Source: Mobula hypostoma (Eukaryota). From it: DNA of 64,000 nucleotides. Numbering within the stretch: the first letter of the stretch is position 1; each line of letters opens with the position of its first letter. The stretch spans positions 135,100,001-135,164,000 of the forward strand of contig NC_086097.1 in the NCBI RefSeq assembly GCF_963921235.1. The letters run 5' to 3'. This document shows positions 36,801 through 51,800 of the stretch, one piece after another. Under the pieces are notes generated by a model. It saw only the letters and a list, made by a program, of their open reading frames with translations, was not told where the DNA came from and did no database searches. The position numbers were made by a program, and so were the translations under genes.

Positions 36801-39800
36801 ATTGGGTGAAGTCTGGACTCTGACTAGACCATTCCAAAACACAAATTTTCTTCTTTATAAACCATTTTGTTGATTTACTCTTGTGTTTTGGATCATTGTC
36901 TTGTATCATCCAACTTCTATTAAGTTTCAGGTGATGGAGCTACCCTGCTTTTCAATTTCTTGATGCAATTATGAATTTACTGTTCCCTCGACGATTGCAA
37001 GCTGTCCAGGTCCTGAGGCAGCAAAGTAGCCCTAAACCATTGTGCTCCTTCCACCCTGCTTCACAGTTGGGATGAGGTTTTGCTGATGTTGTACAGTGCC
37101 ATTTTTCTTCCGAACATAGCAGTGTGCATTTCTGCCAAAAAGTTCAACTTTGTCTCATCTGTTCATTGAACATTGTCCCAGAAGTGTTGTGGAACATCCA
37201 GGTGGTCTTTTGCAATCTTGAGATGTGCAGCAATGTTGTTTTTTTTTCTTTGGAGAGCAGTGGTTTCCTCTGAGGTGCCCTTCCATGAACACTATTCTTG
37301 TTCAGCGTTTTTCTTAAAGTGGACACATGGATAGAGATTTTAGCAAGTTCTAGAGATTTCTGCAGGTCTTTTGCTGCTACCCTTGGGTTCTTTTTCACCT
37401 CTTCAGCATTCATTGATTGGAACACTTGACTCCAAATTGCTTTTGTAGAAGGCATTTCCCCAGAGGTTCACGTACTTTTTTGAACCTAGACTATAATTGT
37501 TTAAATGGCGTACTCAGTATTGAAGAGGAGTACTTTGTGTTAGTTTAAGCTGATTCTGTTTGTCTATTATTGTGACTTAAATGAAGATCATACCACATTT
37601 CATGAGTAATTAATGCAGAAATCCAGGAAATTGCAAAGGGTTCACAAACTTTTTCTTGCAACTGTATGTCATCTTGCAGTTGCGTGATGTGTGTGCCTTG
37701 CTTAAAGTAAAGATTGCTGTCTTGTTTTCCTTTGAATTAGCTTAACATTTTGAAGTTGCCCAACATAACATTGGTGACATAGTTTTAAAACTAACCCCAG
37801 ATGGCTACCGACCTGTTGAAGCACAGTGAGATGTCCGAGTTTTAAAAAAGAATGGTCGAGTTTATTTTTTTTTAAAAAGCAGTGCAGTACATCTTCAGAA
37901 GGGAAGATACAATAGAGTTACTTTACAAAGGCAGAAAATGGAAGAATTATGGGTTCATGAGCAGTGGGTACGAGAGGGGTGATAATTTTTTTTAAATGAG
38001 CAGAACTGGCTGGCTACATCGGAAAGATTGATGTGTTCGATTGCTCAATGGGTACCTAACTTGTGTATACTGAGCTAATTGAACACGGTTTCAAAACAAA
38101 TGAAATAGCCAATGAGAAAAGAGTACCAATTTTGCTGCTCCAACCAAACCAGCAGAAATTAGCTTTGCTGATATTGTGAAAGTAATGCAGCTACTTTTAG
38201 AACCAAAGCCATTGTTGATCGCAAAACACTTAAGTTTCATAAGCGGAATCAATAGGAAGGAGAATCCATTTCAGCGTGTGTGGCTGAATTGAAGAGATTG
38301 TCTGAGCATTGTCAGTTTGATAATGGCCTTAATGATGCACTGAGAGATCATTTAGTTTGTGAAACTTTGCAAGAAAGCATTCAAAAACTGCTCGTAACTG
38401 AAACATAACTCACATTTAAAAGAGCAGTTGAAATTATTGTATCAATGAAAACTGCAGACAGATGCAATTGAGCTGCAGTCATGAACAAAATTGAAACATT
38501 CAGATGGAGGCCAACCTGGCTGAACACGTGTTATCGTTGGCGCAGGGGCTCACATGCACCAGATCAATGCAAGTTTAAAGGCAAAACTTGCAGTAAACGC
38601 AACAAAGTGGAGTACATACAAGGAGCATGTCGGGCAGACCAAAAATAAATGGTCTGCATGGAGAAGAGGGAAAAAACTGGAAGTCAAGTTTCAAAAAGAA
38701 TACTAATCTGCATGCTGTTGATGAAAAATCTGGAAACTAATAATAGTCACGCAATATGGCTAATGCTAGAAGTAAACAGCAAATTAATTAAAATGGAATT
38801 GGACACTGGCTCGGCTGTTTGAGCTAGTCCATAAAATGACTTTAAATGGTTTTTCAAAAATACTGAACTGAAGCCTGCAGCTATCCAACTAAGAACGTAT
38901 ATTGGAGTAAATGTAACTCCTGTGGGAATGGCATTTGTAAAAGTGAAATACAACAACCAACAAACCACATTGAGCTTGAATGTGGTAAAAACAGGAAGGC
39001 CAGCATTATGCGGCCATGATTGTCTGAGACAGCTACAACCTGATTGGAGATCCATACACAACCCTGCAATAGTCAACTGAAAGTGAATTAAGAAAGGTAC
39101 TGGATGGTGCCACAAATGTCTCCATGCTGTACACCATGAACTGTTGCCCAACAGAGGGCAAGCAGCTGTTGATGCCAATATCTGTGCCTCTGGTTGGAAA
39201 GCGTATTGGACCAACGAAGGATCATGCTGCTCAGGGGAGTTGTGAAAGTGACAAAAGCATGCTCTGACTACAACAGATTTTGTGGCAACATATCTGTGAA
39301 AGCTTCTGATGTGCAAAATGTGGCTTGGTTTTAAACTGGAAGATGGTCAAGGAGCTCCAGGAAAGTTGCAAGCATTTGGCTTTTGGGAGTATAAAGAACC
39401 AGAATCTAGCTGCATGCACTGAAGTTGTTACATGAATTTCAAGGTGGACACTTTTTTTTAAAAAAAAAAGCTGCTTGTAAAAGTAGATGCCCTGCTGGAT
39501 GAATGGAAGAACAAAAAGGAAGGAGTCTGTGGAGATACGAAAACAGAGGATTCATCAGTTGATGTTATGCATGTGAAAACCAGGAAGAGAGATAAGATCA
39601 TTGATGACAAAGGTTGGGGGTGTTGTGGATAGTGTGGAGGGCTGTCAAAGATTACAACGGGACATTGATGGGATGCAAAACTGGGCTGAGAAGTGGCAGA
39701 TGGAGTTCAACCCAGATAAGTGTGAAGTGGTTTATTTTGGTAGGTCAAATATGTTGGCAGAATATACTATTAATGGTAAGACTTTTGGCAGTGTGGAGGA

Positions 39801-42800
39801 TCAGAGGGATCTTGGGGTCTGAGTCCATAGGACGTTCAAAGCAGCTCCGCAGGTTGACTGGTTAAGAAGACGTATGGTGTATTGGCCTTCATCAATCGTG
39901 GAATTGAATATAGGAGCCGAGAGGTAATATTGCAGTTATATAGGACCCTACCCTGGTCAGACCCCACTTGGAGTACTGTGCTCATTTCTGGTCGCCTCAC
40001 TACAGGAAGGATGTGGAAGCCGTAGAAAGGGTGCAGAGGAGATTTACAAGGATGTTGCCTGGATTGGGGGGCATAGGTTGAGTGAACTCTGCCTTTTCTC
40101 CTTGGAGTAGCAGAGGATGAGAGGTGACCTGACAGGGGTGTATAAGATGATGAGAGGCATTGATCGTGTGGGTAGTCAGAGGCTTTTTCCCAGGGCTGAA
40201 ATGGTTGCCACAAGAGGACACAGGTTTATGGTGCTGGGGAGTAGGTACAGAGGAGATGAAATAGAGGGCTATTGGTAAGCCTAGTAATTTCTAAGGTAGG
40301 GACATGTTCAGCACAACTTTGAGGGCCGAAGGGCCTGTATTGTGCTGTAGGTTTTCTATGTTTCTATAAAGGGAGCAGAATAACGATTAATACTCTAGTA
40401 TTAATCCAGTGAACTAAATGTACCTTCTTGAGACCAAGATGCTCCCATGAGTAAGAGTTCCTCCACAGAGGTTAAATCTTTAGGCCTGAATGGCATATTT
40501 AAAATTTACTTTGCTGTGGATGTCTATGGTAGTTATATAGCATATAGTTGAAATGCATTCCATATTGAGTTGGAGTTCATAGCTAAGCAGGGAGGAGTGT
40601 TGTGTATTTAATATTTCTGTAATATTTGAGTAATATTGAAATATGTTGTTGGATTCAGCATTCTTTATTTGATTGCACAATTCGTTATGGGTTATATGTA
40701 AGAAGTACGTGAATGGCATACGCCATTACTCCACCACGTCATGTGTGCGCACCTCACCAAGAAAGGAAAACTGTGTGAATGTATATATATTTTGATTAAG
40801 TATTCATGTTTATTTAAATAATTCATTACAGGTTGTGTATAAATCGGTGAATTGCATGCATCATGCTACCACGTGATATGTGCGCACCTCACTAAAATGA
40901 AGAACAAGCTAAGACCCACATCTCTCAGCTCTCTTGGTCTCCTTTGAATTAGCTTAATGTTTTGAAATTACAAAACGTAACAGTTAGAAGGGTGGAAAGG
41001 CTTAGGAATACATTTACAAGGCTTGGGTGAAAGGTGGGTAGAGAGTAAAATAAAGACTTAAGGATTGAAAGAGATAACTGGATAGGAAGAGGATGCCATG
41101 AAATTTGAGCATAATGAAATTCTTACATTTTTCGGTTGCTGAATGAGAAGATATGGTAGGTCAATGAACACAATTCATAAAATAATTACAGAAGGGAAGG
41201 AGGCTATTTGTCCCATCAACTCTGCACTGATGTTCCAGTTACACTATTGCCTATTTCCCCTCAGCGTTGCATATTTTTCCCTCTGCATCCAGTTTTCTCT
41301 TGAAGACCATAATGGAACCTGCCTCATATCTGCATACATTGTGTTCCAGGTTTCCAGCCATATCTGTATAAAATTATTATTCTTGTCAGTTATTTCTCAT
41401 CCACTTCATACCTGTGACCTCTTGTCCTTGACTACACCACCAAAGGCATCAGTTGCCACTGAATGTTCTATCCAGGCCCCGCACGTTGTATACATATTTA
41501 ATCTTCACTCTGTTTTCTCTTCAAAGACTCCGAACTTCTCTAATCTGTCCATATACCTGTAATTTCTCCATCCGGGATCCATTTTCACTCTTTCATGGAC
41601 TCTCTTGAATATCTTCACATTCTATTTATAATGTAGTAACTAATATTGAGCTCAATGCTCCAGCTCAGGCTGGACCAATGTTTTATCATTGTATAACTTC
41701 CCTGCTTTTAGATTCTGCTACAGTTAATAAATCCCAAAACTGTATGCTTTATTAACAGCGTTCTTATCTTGCCCTACTATTTTCAATGACTTATTCAGAC
41801 GTACCACCAGATCCTGTGCTGTGCACCCCTTTTAGAACAGTATCATTTATACTGTGCCTTATTCTTCCTACAGAAGATGTCACCTTGCACTTTATTGCGT
41901 TGAGCTTCATCTGTTATGCTTCTGACCCTTCCACTAGCCTATTTATGTTCAGTGTCTGCAAATTTAGAACTATGGTTTGTGGCCTTGAATTCAAGTCATT
42001 AATATGGCGGGGGTGGGGAGAGGGGTTCCCAATACTGATGGCTACTATTTAACTTCCTCTTGTCTGACAAACAGTCATTCACCTGTTACTTAATCAGTTT
42101 CAGCCTCACACTGTCTGTATCATTTACGTATACCATATTGCATAGCTTGCTGATAAGCCTATTGAAGTACTTGATCAGAAAGCTTTCCTGAAGCCCATTG
42201 CATTTTATCAAATCTATATACTACCTAATCAAAAAACATGGTTTGGCTTCAACAAATCCATGCTTGCCTTGTTCATCTTTCTTCAGCCAACTCTCAATCC
42301 CATTCTGCATCAATTTTTTCCATCTACTGAAATTAAGCTGACTGGCCTACAGTTTATGGGTTTATCCTTGCTCCCATTTTAAAAGGAGAGTAATATCTGC
42401 TCATGTCGAATCCTCTTGCATTAATCCTATATTCTAAGAACATTGGTAGATATTGACTAGAATCCCTGCTGTTTCCTCCCATACTTCCCTCAGAACTCAA
42501 ATTGTTTTGGTGACTTTTCTATCCGATCCTGTGCTAACATGTGGTATTCAACTGTCTCCTATCACTATCTCAATTATCACAGTTACTTTGGAAATAGCCA
42601 AGTCCCTGATATAGAATGCAAAGTTCACATTTTGTGCCTTAATAGTGTCCTTAGTATGCATGTGAAAGTGCCCATTTATGTACTTTATGGGTTCCATTCC
42701 TCTATATTCCAGCCTTTTGTGCTTTATTATACCAATAGAACTCTTCAGTTCCCATTTATTTTATCAACTAAGTTTTTTTTTATTGTGCATTCTTTGTTTC

Positions 42801-45800
42801 TCTTTTTAATTTTCCATTTACTCTTAGCATTGTTTTGAATCAGCCTGGTTCTTCCAAGTTTTTGTAGTCCTATATGTCATATGCAGTTTAATCTTGCTTT
42901 ATATTAGCAGTTTATTTTTTTAGAGAACTCTGCTTGTTTTCCATTTGCTTGTTTTGGGGAAGTACCACAGTTCTCTCTTAATCTTCTCTTCCTTGCAGGC
43001 AGCCAGCCCATTGTTCTGTTACAGTTTTGCCTGCCAGTGTTTGGTTCAAACTTAACTAGATCCACTCATTTCATTAAAATTGATTTCCACTGATGAATTA
43101 CTTTCAATTTTGTTCCTTTTTTTTCCCCTCCTGTGGGTTCAATCATTATCTCCTTCGCATAGCTGAGTACATTTGACCTACTTCAGACTCCAGAACCACA
43201 TCTGACTACTGTGGATGAAAAACTAAGTGCCCTGGAAAAATAACCATCACCCATTTTAGAAATTCTTCACCCTTTGCTCTTAACGTTATTATGGTCTTAG
43301 TTTACATTGGAATCATTAAAGCAACCCCCCATCCCCCTGTAACTACTTTTTTTTTGTACTTCGACAGTTGTCCTGCATATTTGATGCTTTATATCATTTC
43401 CATTCACTGCTGATCACACACAAGACTGTAATGCTTCCTTTACTGTTTGACTATTTCACAGCTCTGTTGACCCCTCTTTTGACCTTCTATCTCCAGCGTT
43501 GGAATTTCTTTAATTAACACTTCTTTTCCTTGTTTCTTTCCTTCCCATACTTCCCATATGCCTTGTAATTAGAAATATTTAATGCTTAGTTCTGTCTTTT
43601 TTCGCAATTTCTGTTATCACGATGTCATACTTCTATCTGAGCCTGTTTTTCATCAACACTATTTGTCTCACTTTCCACATACCCATGCATGCACAGTAAC
43701 CAAACTTGTGTATTGAATTCTGTTTTAATTGATCTCTTTAAAATCCTTGCACTAATCTAATCTTGCATAAAATTGTTTCCCCACTTCAATTTTCTTGGTT
43801 TTTTTGCTTTTAAAGTTTATATTAATTTTCTTTGACTTTCCTTATTGGTGCACTGTGGTGTACTTTGCATCATAGGTGGTTCTGTAAGACAAGTTGTTAA
43901 TGAAATATGTTGAGCATGGTTAATGGTAATGCATGCTATTCTTTCCAATGAATACAGCTCCCAACACCCGATCAGTCCAGTGCCGCAGATCAAAAATGGA
44001 GGTGAATAGTGTGCAAGAAGGTGGTACTGATACAGAGGTGCGGCGCAGTTGTCGGCTCCGAAGAAATCGCTACAACACTTTAAACCAATCTGTGCTCTTT
44101 GATAAATTGATCACAAAGTAAGAGCTGAGAAAATCTTTGTGCTTAAGATTCAGTTATTAGGAATTGACCTATTGCTGTCTGTAACCAGAAACTTTTTTTT
44201 TCATTCTAAACATTGACCAGCACTGCTGAAGCAGTTTTGCAGAAAATGGATGACATGAAGAAACTGCGTCGTAAGAGAATGAGAGAATTGGAGAATTTAA
44301 GAGTACTCAACGATACAGAAGAAGAGGAGGTAGGTTTATACTTTGAGCAATGCATAATTTTACTCCTGTGTTGCACTGAGAAAAAACTTTATTATTGAGA
44401 TTTAAATGATGTCCAGGTGGTTTTCTGATTTGCATGTAAATATTCTCCCAGTGATGTATTTATTTATTGGAAGAATGGTAGGAGAGTTATTCTGTTGCCC
44501 TGGCAATTATTCCTCAAACAGTGACATAAATCAGATCATCTGGTTGCATTCGTGGGAGTTTGCTGTACACAAATTTGCTGTCTTATTTCCTACATTACAA
44601 TCAACCTTGCAGCTCAGACACTTCAGTGGCTCTGAAATGCTTTGGATTACCATGAAGTGGTTATGAAAAGTACTTCAGATATGCATGCCTTTCTTTTCCA
44701 TTGACCACTTTTTAAGCTCTCTTGTTTTAACCAAGGTGTAAAACTGAGTGAGGCCAAATGTGGTCCCCTCAGACGGGTAAAGCTCTTAAAGTTTTGCATT
44801 GGTGTTCCATTGATACTGTCCTTTTCCTGTTTGTGAAGGAGAATCTGGATGTGTTTTCATGTGTGAAAAAGAAAAGAACAACTCAAACAATAGATGAAGA
44901 AACCTCAGAGTATCATGAAGATGGTAGTGCTGGTAAGGGACACTAGTCAAGCATAAACAATCCTGTGACTTCCTTTTGAAGAAACCTTTCTATTTTTCTA
45001 ACACATTTTGCATCAAAGTGCAACTAAAGTCCTTGTGCCTAAAGTGCCATCAATGAGTGGGACTGAATTAGTTAAGTTTTAAAGAATCACAATGTACATT
45101 AATTACAACAGACTGAATTACCAAGACTTGTGTTATAGGCTTCTATCTATCTTCTATAGGCTAGTGTCTAATGTCTTTGTGAATAGTACTATATGCGGTT
45201 AAAACTGTGTTGTACAATACCTGTATGTTTTTATATTCTGTGTATTATTATGCCTAATTTGAATTAGTTACTTTCATGCATCTCCCATTGTTTGAGTTAG
45301 ACTACCATCTAGTTATGTAATAATTTTTAAGTATTTAGTTTTGTTTGAAAATCCTCTTGATGGCTTTGTATGCTCTTAAAAGCCTGATTTCAGACTTTGT
45401 TCAATAAATCTTCTATGAAGTGCCTTGTAATGTTCCACCACAATAACTGGCTGCATAGAGACTTTTTGAAAGAGTTGGCTATTTGCTTACTTTCAGAAAA
45501 TTTTACTTAATGAATAATTATGTCTCAATCTTTAATCATAGAGGAAATTGAAGATAGAGAAGAGGATGGTGAAGAGGGCACTCCAAAGCGCTACTATTTA
45601 CGCCAAAGAAAAACTATTGAGAAGTACCAAGCTCCGGGTATGTCTGCTTTACATCTGATGTTGTCCAACACCAGTCTACTTTTAATCTTTTCCCTGTTTG
45701 CTTTCTCCCAAGGGAATGTGTACTTGCTTTGGCTTCTTCTTTTCTGATCTTTTAATATATTTCTGATTTGGCTGCTGAAATGAATCATTTACAGCGTGGA

Positions 45801-48800
45801 ATGGTCTATTTGGTCTAACTTGTCCGTGCTAACGCGAGGGGCGGTTCCCTTGTTAATTCAGTTGCCCAGCACTTTGCCTCGGTAATTCAGGAGCTCATTT
45901 CCTAAATTCAACACAGCTTCAGTATTCGCTATAAGTGCATTCCAGGCACTTGCCACTCACTAGATGAGGGAGGTCCTCTCATTTCTCTTGTCCTGGGGTA
46001 GCTTTTCCACCAGAAACATTGACATTTCTCTGCTCTGCCTGCCCATACTCCCCACACCACACCCCTGCTCAACCTATGGAGTTCCTGTAGCAGACTGTTG
46101 CTCTGGATTCCAACATTCTCTTGAGTCTCCTCACATTCCTTTGAATCTCTTCTCTTACCCTAAATCTCTGTCCTCTGGTGTTGTCTTAAAGTTCCCTGCA
46201 GAACACCTATTCTATACCCCTCATAATTTTATGCACCTCTGTTATATCCCCTTAATCTCTTCTGCTCTAGGGAGAACCAGTTGCTCGAGTCTCATCTAAA
46301 GATCCAGATGCTGAGGCAGAGGGGAAATTGGTGTTCAGCTCACTACTGTGAGGGACTTTACTCACCTCAATGTTGAACTGGTTCCATGGCTGTAGCTTGC
46401 AACCATCGGACTCCTGGACTGCCTGCTGCACTGAATTGGCATCATGGCTTTGGCTTGCAGCCATCAGGCTGGACCTGCTGCAGTGCTGAACTGGCTCTGT
46501 ACTGTGGCCTGCCGTCATTGGGCTCCTGGACGGGCTCCAGTGCTTAACTGGCTCCGGTTTATATTCTGTGTGTTATTTGTTTACATTTTTATTGTTTACA
46601 GGATTTGTTCTTTTTTCACGCATTGGGTGTTTGATGGTCTTTGAGTGTTTTTTTAACGGTGTGTTTGAGTTTCTTTGTTTTGTGGCTTGCCTGCAAGAAG
46701 ACAAATCTCAAAGTTGAAGGTTCAAATGTACTTTGAACTTTTGAACTGAACTGCTTCATCTCACTAACATCCCGAATCTCCCCTGCCCCTTTCCAGCACT
46801 ACTATTTATGCCAAAGGAAAGCTGTTGTGAAATGCCACACTCCAGGTGTATATGTTTTGTATCTGATGTGCTGTGTTTTTGGAGAATCCACTGAAATGCT
46901 TTGGTTTGATCCTTGTATTAGAACCAGAAAGAAAGCCAAGAATATTTTATCACACTCCTGCTTCTCCTGTAAGACAAAGTCGTCGATATTGTGCCTCAGG
47001 CTCTCGGAATCCCTACCGCAAGAGTAAAATAACCAGGTTTGTAATGAAAGTTAGTCACAGATCTAGTTACTAATAAATTTTTAACTCTGGTAGTCCAAAA
47101 TTTTTGTGATGTTTGTTTAATTCTGAACAGGTGCCTTGTCATTAAAGCATCTTTTTAGATTATTATCTTGTGGTTTTCTAATGTTATTTGATTTACACAC
47201 AGTCAGAAAATACTAATGACACCTGTTGTACGAGGTAGGAAGTATGTAAGTGTGGGTCTTCCCCAGTTTGGTGATCTGGCAATAAAAGTCATTAGAGGAA
47301 TAGCTTGTAGCTTTCAACTGAACAAATGAATTTTACTCTTGATTTACTACATTTGTACTGGGAAGAGATGGACTAGCTTCTAATTTTTCTTAAAATCCAT
47401 GGCAACTGGTGGCACCCCACAAAGAAATAATGGTTTGTTATACTTCTATAAAGAATTTAACTTGATTGGTTCTTATAGAATGTAACCCCTGGATTAGAGG
47501 ATGTAGGCTGTAAGAGAAGCTGGATAAATTAGTTTTTTCTGTGGAGTACTGAGGAGAGACCAGATAGGTTCATTAAAATATGAAAGGCATGGGGTGGACA
47601 ATTCAAATCTTTTTCCTTGGTAAGTGTCACATACTAGAGGATGTGAATTAAGATGAGAGGTGTGTGTGTGCAGGTTTTTTATACATTAATGGGTGCTTGG
47701 CATGGGTTGCCGTTAGTAGTGGTGGAAGCAGATATGATGGTGGGGTTTAAGGGGCTCTTAGACACCTGAATATATAAGGAATTATGGATTGTGTGTGGCC
47801 AGTGAAATTTAGTTTAATACGGTTGTGTTTGGTGTTGATATTGTGGGCAGAAGGACCCATTCCTGTGCTGTACCATTCAATATTAGTAGAGGAAGCCCAG
47901 TACTGGCGTCAGGATGATTCCAGGTCTTGAAGAATACATAATATTTGATCCATCGTCTCTAAGGAAAAAATGACTATTTATGTTGGTTTGATCCATAAAA
48001 GATAAAAGAAGATTATGTTTGAAAATAGCAGTGCTACTTTAATTCAATTATAGGTTGTGGTAAGCTGGCGAGGTCAGCATTCATTACTTTTGTGATGGTG
48101 GTTGTGAACCTTCACCTTGCACTCCTTACGGTGAAGGGACACATGTATTACCTCATCTGTAAGAAAGAGTGCAATGTACTTTTAACAAGATAATGTGACT
48201 TTGAGGGAATGCTGCAGATGGGAGCATTCCCATGTGCCAGCTACTTTTTGACCTTATTTGAGTAGTTGTGGTGGGCTGCTGAAAAGCACCTTTTTTATGT
48301 GTGAAGCTGCCAAGCTAACAATAGATTTTTTTACTACTTGAAGGCAAAGGCATGCATTACACAGCAGTGATTCAACCTCCTCCACTTCATCTTCTGATGA
48401 GGAAGTGGAGCACTTTGAGAGAAGAAGAAGCAACAGAAGGAACAGGGCACTTTTGAGGTATGTTGTTTGCAAGAATGTGAAATAATATTCAAAGTGTAAT
48501 TATAAAACCTCAAGGCATTAAGTTGCATAACTTGTGGAGATTATTTTAAAATTGGATTTGTCGTTGGGTGTGGAGAAAGAAACTACTTTTTTTTAAAAGT
48601 ATACTTTTATACTTAAACTATTTCCATGAAACTTCAGATAATTGGGCAGCTGCTTAATTGGTCCAAAATGTACTGCCCAATGTGTCTCAATTAACTGGAT
48701 GCTACTGTGTATCTTACTGTAATTTATAGTTGTTGCAATGTGCTGCTGCAAAACAACATATTTCACAACATGTTGGGAAGATCAAGGAGTTGATTGTGGA

Positions 48801-51800
48801 CTTCAGGAAGGGGAAATCAAGTGAATACACAGAAGACCTCATCGAGGGATCAGAAGTGGAAAAGGTGGCCAGTTTCAAGTTCATAGAAACAGAAAATAGG
48901 TGCAGGAGTAGGCCATTCGGCCCTTCGAGCCTGCACCGCCATTCAGTATGATCATGGCTGATCGTCCAACTCAGAACCCTCTACCAGCCTTCCCTCCATA
49001 CCCCCTGATCCCTTCAGCCACAAGGGCCATATCTAACTCCCTCTTAAATATAGCCAATGAACTGGCCTCAACTGTTTCCTGTGGCAGAGAATTCCACAGA
49101 TTCACACTCTCTGTGTGAAGAAGTTTTTCCCAATCTCGGTCCTAAAAGGCTTCCCCTTTATCCTCAAACTGTGACCCCTCGTTCTGGACTTCCCCAACAT
49201 CGGGAACAATCTTCCTGCATCTAGCCTGTCCAATTCCTTTAGGATTTTATACGTTTCAATCAGATCTCCCTCAATCTTCTAAATTCCAACGAGTATAAGC
49301 CTAGTTGATCCAGTCTTTCATCATATGAAAGTCCTGCCATCCCAGGAATCAATCTGGTGAACCTTCTTTGTACTCCCTCTATGGCAAGTATGCCTTTCCT
49401 CAGATCAGGGGACCAAAACTGCACACAATACTCCAGGTGTGGTCTCACCCTAGGCCTTGTACAACTGCAGTAGTACCTCCCTGCTCCTGTACTCTAATCC
49501 TCTTGCTATGAATGCCAGCATACCATTCGCCTTTTTCACCGCCTGCTGTACCTGCATGCCCACTTTCAATGACTGGTGTATAATGACACCCAGGTCTCGT
49601 TGCACCTCCCCTTTTCCTAATCGGCCACCATTCAGATACTAATCTGTTTTCCTGTTTTTGCCACCAGAGTGGATAACTTCACATTTATCCACATTAAATT
49701 GCATCTGCCATGAATTTGCCCACTCACCTAACCTATCCAAGTCACCCTGCATCCCCTTAGCATCCTCCGCACAGCTATCGCTGCCGCCCAGCTTTGTGTC
49801 ATCTGCAAACTTGGAGATTGCTGCATTTAATTCCCTCATCCAAGTCATTAATATATATTGTAAACAACTGGGGTCCCAGCACTGAGCCTTGTGGAACCTC
49901 ACTAGTCACTGCCTGCCATTCTGAAAAGGTCCTGTTTATTCCCACTCTTTGCTCCCTATCTGCCAACCAATTCTCTATCCGCATCAATACCTTACCCCCA
50001 ATACCATGTGCTTTAAGATTGTACACTAATCTCCTGTGTGGGACCTTGTCAAAAGCCTCTTGAAAATCCAAATATACCGGAGAGGACTTCCGGGTCATCA
50101 AGGGAATGGCGGCGTAAGGAAAAGGTCTCTCGACAAAAAAGAAGGTAAACTGCCCCAAAATCGAATTTAGACAAATACTTAATATTGCATAACTATATTA
50201 ATAAAAGGGACAAGGATGATGTCTAAGAACAAGAATAAAAAGTCCGCTCTGAAGGCTGATAAACATAAATAGATGCAGCAAGGCGAAGGGCCTAGCTCTC
50301 CCACGGCAAGCCAGGACGGAGATAATGAGGGGGAATCGGTGACTGTGTCTTTGATTCTCGGAGAGATTCGCGAGTTCCGACAAGATAACAGCAAACAGCT
50401 GGAAGATATTAAAGGAGAAATAGTAAAAACTAACTCGCGGATAGATGAAGCCGAAGCGAGGATTGTTGGAATTGAAGAGAAGCTACAAAATGCAGAGGAG
50501 GTGATAGCAGAAATGCTGAAGCTACAAGACCAACTCCAGTGGAAACTAATAGATCAAGAAGGCCGCTCGAGAAGGGAAAATGTGAGGATCTACAGAGTTC
50601 CCGAAGGAACCGAAGGTAAGCCCGGATTGATGATTCCCTTCGTGGAGAAGCTGCTTAGAGAGAACCTTGATATACCGGCCGCAAAAGACCTACAGATAGA
50701 AAGGGCTCACCGTGCGTTGGCACCACAGCCTCCGGCAGGCACCCAGCCCAGATCGATTCTGATCAGATTTCTCAGTTACAGAACGAAGGAAGACGTGCTT
50801 AAAAGAGCATGGCAAAAGAAAGGATTCATGTGGAACAACTGTAAAATCAGTTTAGACCACGACTACGCACCGGGGATTCTTGCCAGACGGAAGGAATATA
50901 CGGAAACACGGAGAGTCCTGAAGGAAAACAACATCAGCTTCCAGACCCTGTATCCAGCTCGGCTGAGAGTCTTTTACGACGAAGGGACAAAAACTTACAC
51001 TACGGTGGAGGAGGCAACGTTGGACCTGGCGGACCGGGGATTACCTATTAAAGTTATCACCCAACCGGAGTCGCTACTGGAGAGGATTCGGCAGAAGTCG
51101 TGGCAGTTAGTGGGGCGAGGACGCTCCACTCGAACCAGAGTGTCAAACTACAAGGAAAAGCTGCAAATATTCAGACGTGAATGTACAGAGAATACAGATT
51201 AATTAAGAGAAATGACTGAAAAGAGTAAATCGGACTTAAAAGTAAAATGAAAACTGGTAACTGAAAATAATCTAGGCGGAATAACTTGAATGATAGCAAT
51301 ATGGTCGAGACATAAATAGGAGAAAATTCTCTATGATTATTCAAACTGCTGAGGGCCCTCTAACACAGGGTGAAGATAGAGGTTATCCCTCTGAACTGAG
51401 GCGGGTCGGTGCTCGGGCCTCACTGTGGGAAGTTGGGGAAAATTTTCAAATGTTATACGTTCAGAAATGTCTAGGGTGTGGTTATATGTCTTGGTTTACT
51501 GTTGAGAAGGGATTGCTTACTGTTTGGTTAGAAAAGGAGAGTGCTTTTTTTCTACTAGAGAAAAATGCAAACTGAATTGGTAAAAATAATTTCCTATAAT
51601 GTTAATGGGGTTTTGAATCCAATTAAAAGAAATAAGATTATGTCTAAATTGAAAAAAGAGAGGGCACAAATAGCTTTCCTCCAGGAAACACATATGAGCC
51701 AATCTGAACATGGAAAATTAAAAAGAATGGGCTTTAAGCATGTATTTTATTCATCATATAAATTGAGTCACAAAAGAGGGGTAGCTACTTTAATATCAAG

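Noticed and set aside
38747..39316. 189-aa minus-strand ORF
   Set aside because: It is antisense to the Gypsy protease remnant and has no independent coding signal.
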